Origin: Candidatus Krumholzibacteriia bacterium
Lineage (GTDB): Bacteria > Krumholzibacteriota > Krumholzibacteriia > JAJRXK01
DNA length: 64,000 nt
NCBI GenBank assembly: GCA_041484665.1
Contig: JBGPIA010000009.1
Location: 32,001-96,000, forward strand
Reading direction: 5' to 3'
A program made the translations under genes and the position numbers. Numbering within the stretch: position 1 is the stretch's first letter; every line of letters begins with the position of its first letter. The notes beneath the pieces are model-generated. The model searched no databases. It was not told the origin of the DNA and saw nothing but the letters and a program-made list of their open reading frames with translations. Positions 63,888 to 64,000 of this stretch are shown piece by piece.

Positions 63888-64000
63888 GGCGCGGCGCGCC
63901 TGCGGCGCTCCTGCGGGCGCGGCCGGCGCGCGCTTGCGTCGGGGCGGCGCCGGATCTGGCCCGCGCCGCTTCCCCTCCAAGAGACGCCCTTGTCCCCGCC

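Noticed and set aside
1..64000. tRNA, rRNA, integrase or transposase genes
   Set aside because: None recognised by eye; the GTTCGA hits I checked lie in coding regions without cloverleaf context. tRNAscan-SE and ISEScan would be decisive.

Overview
GC-rich bacterial chromosome segment, roughly 70% GC by eye, with about 50 protein-coding genes. I saw no rRNA, tRNA, CRISPR array, integrase or transposase. FlgD-Ig/T9SS-type C-terminal domains, a C-terminal 'SWGxVKxLY' tail and 'CLFEP/CGIFSP' lipoproteins suggest an FCB-related candidate phylum such as Krumholzibacteriota, Eisenbacteria or Latescibacterota (inference). The left two-thirds is a mixed accessory and metabolic region. It holds apaH-sixA-CHAD, a secreted lysyl-oxidase-domain protein, a FixL/FixJ-like pair, a secreted PHP-type metallohydrolase, an orphan HAMP kinase, cobB, peptidases, nfo, a TMTC-like glycosyltransferase and MoxR-DUF58-BatA. 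The right third is housekeeping: cysteine desulfurase, mfd, two PPIases, ftsEX-envC, holB, tatD, rsmA, a yibQ-like gene, a TonB-like gene and secDF. Four signals stand out. (1) An operon preceded by a Fur-box-like palindrome encodes a porin, an FMN-binding protein, a His-spaced membrane protein and ApbE, a candidate flavinylation-dependent iron reduction/uptake system. (2) A ~200-nt rod-shaped RNA with a central bubble (6S-like) sits behind a near-consensus sigma70 promoter and abuts rsmA. (3) An uncharacterised large beta-barrel and two related lipoproteins lie directly downstream of rsmA. (4) Two different C-terminal sorting signals occur on secreted proteins. All calls come from motifs and base-pairing read by eye; no database search was run.
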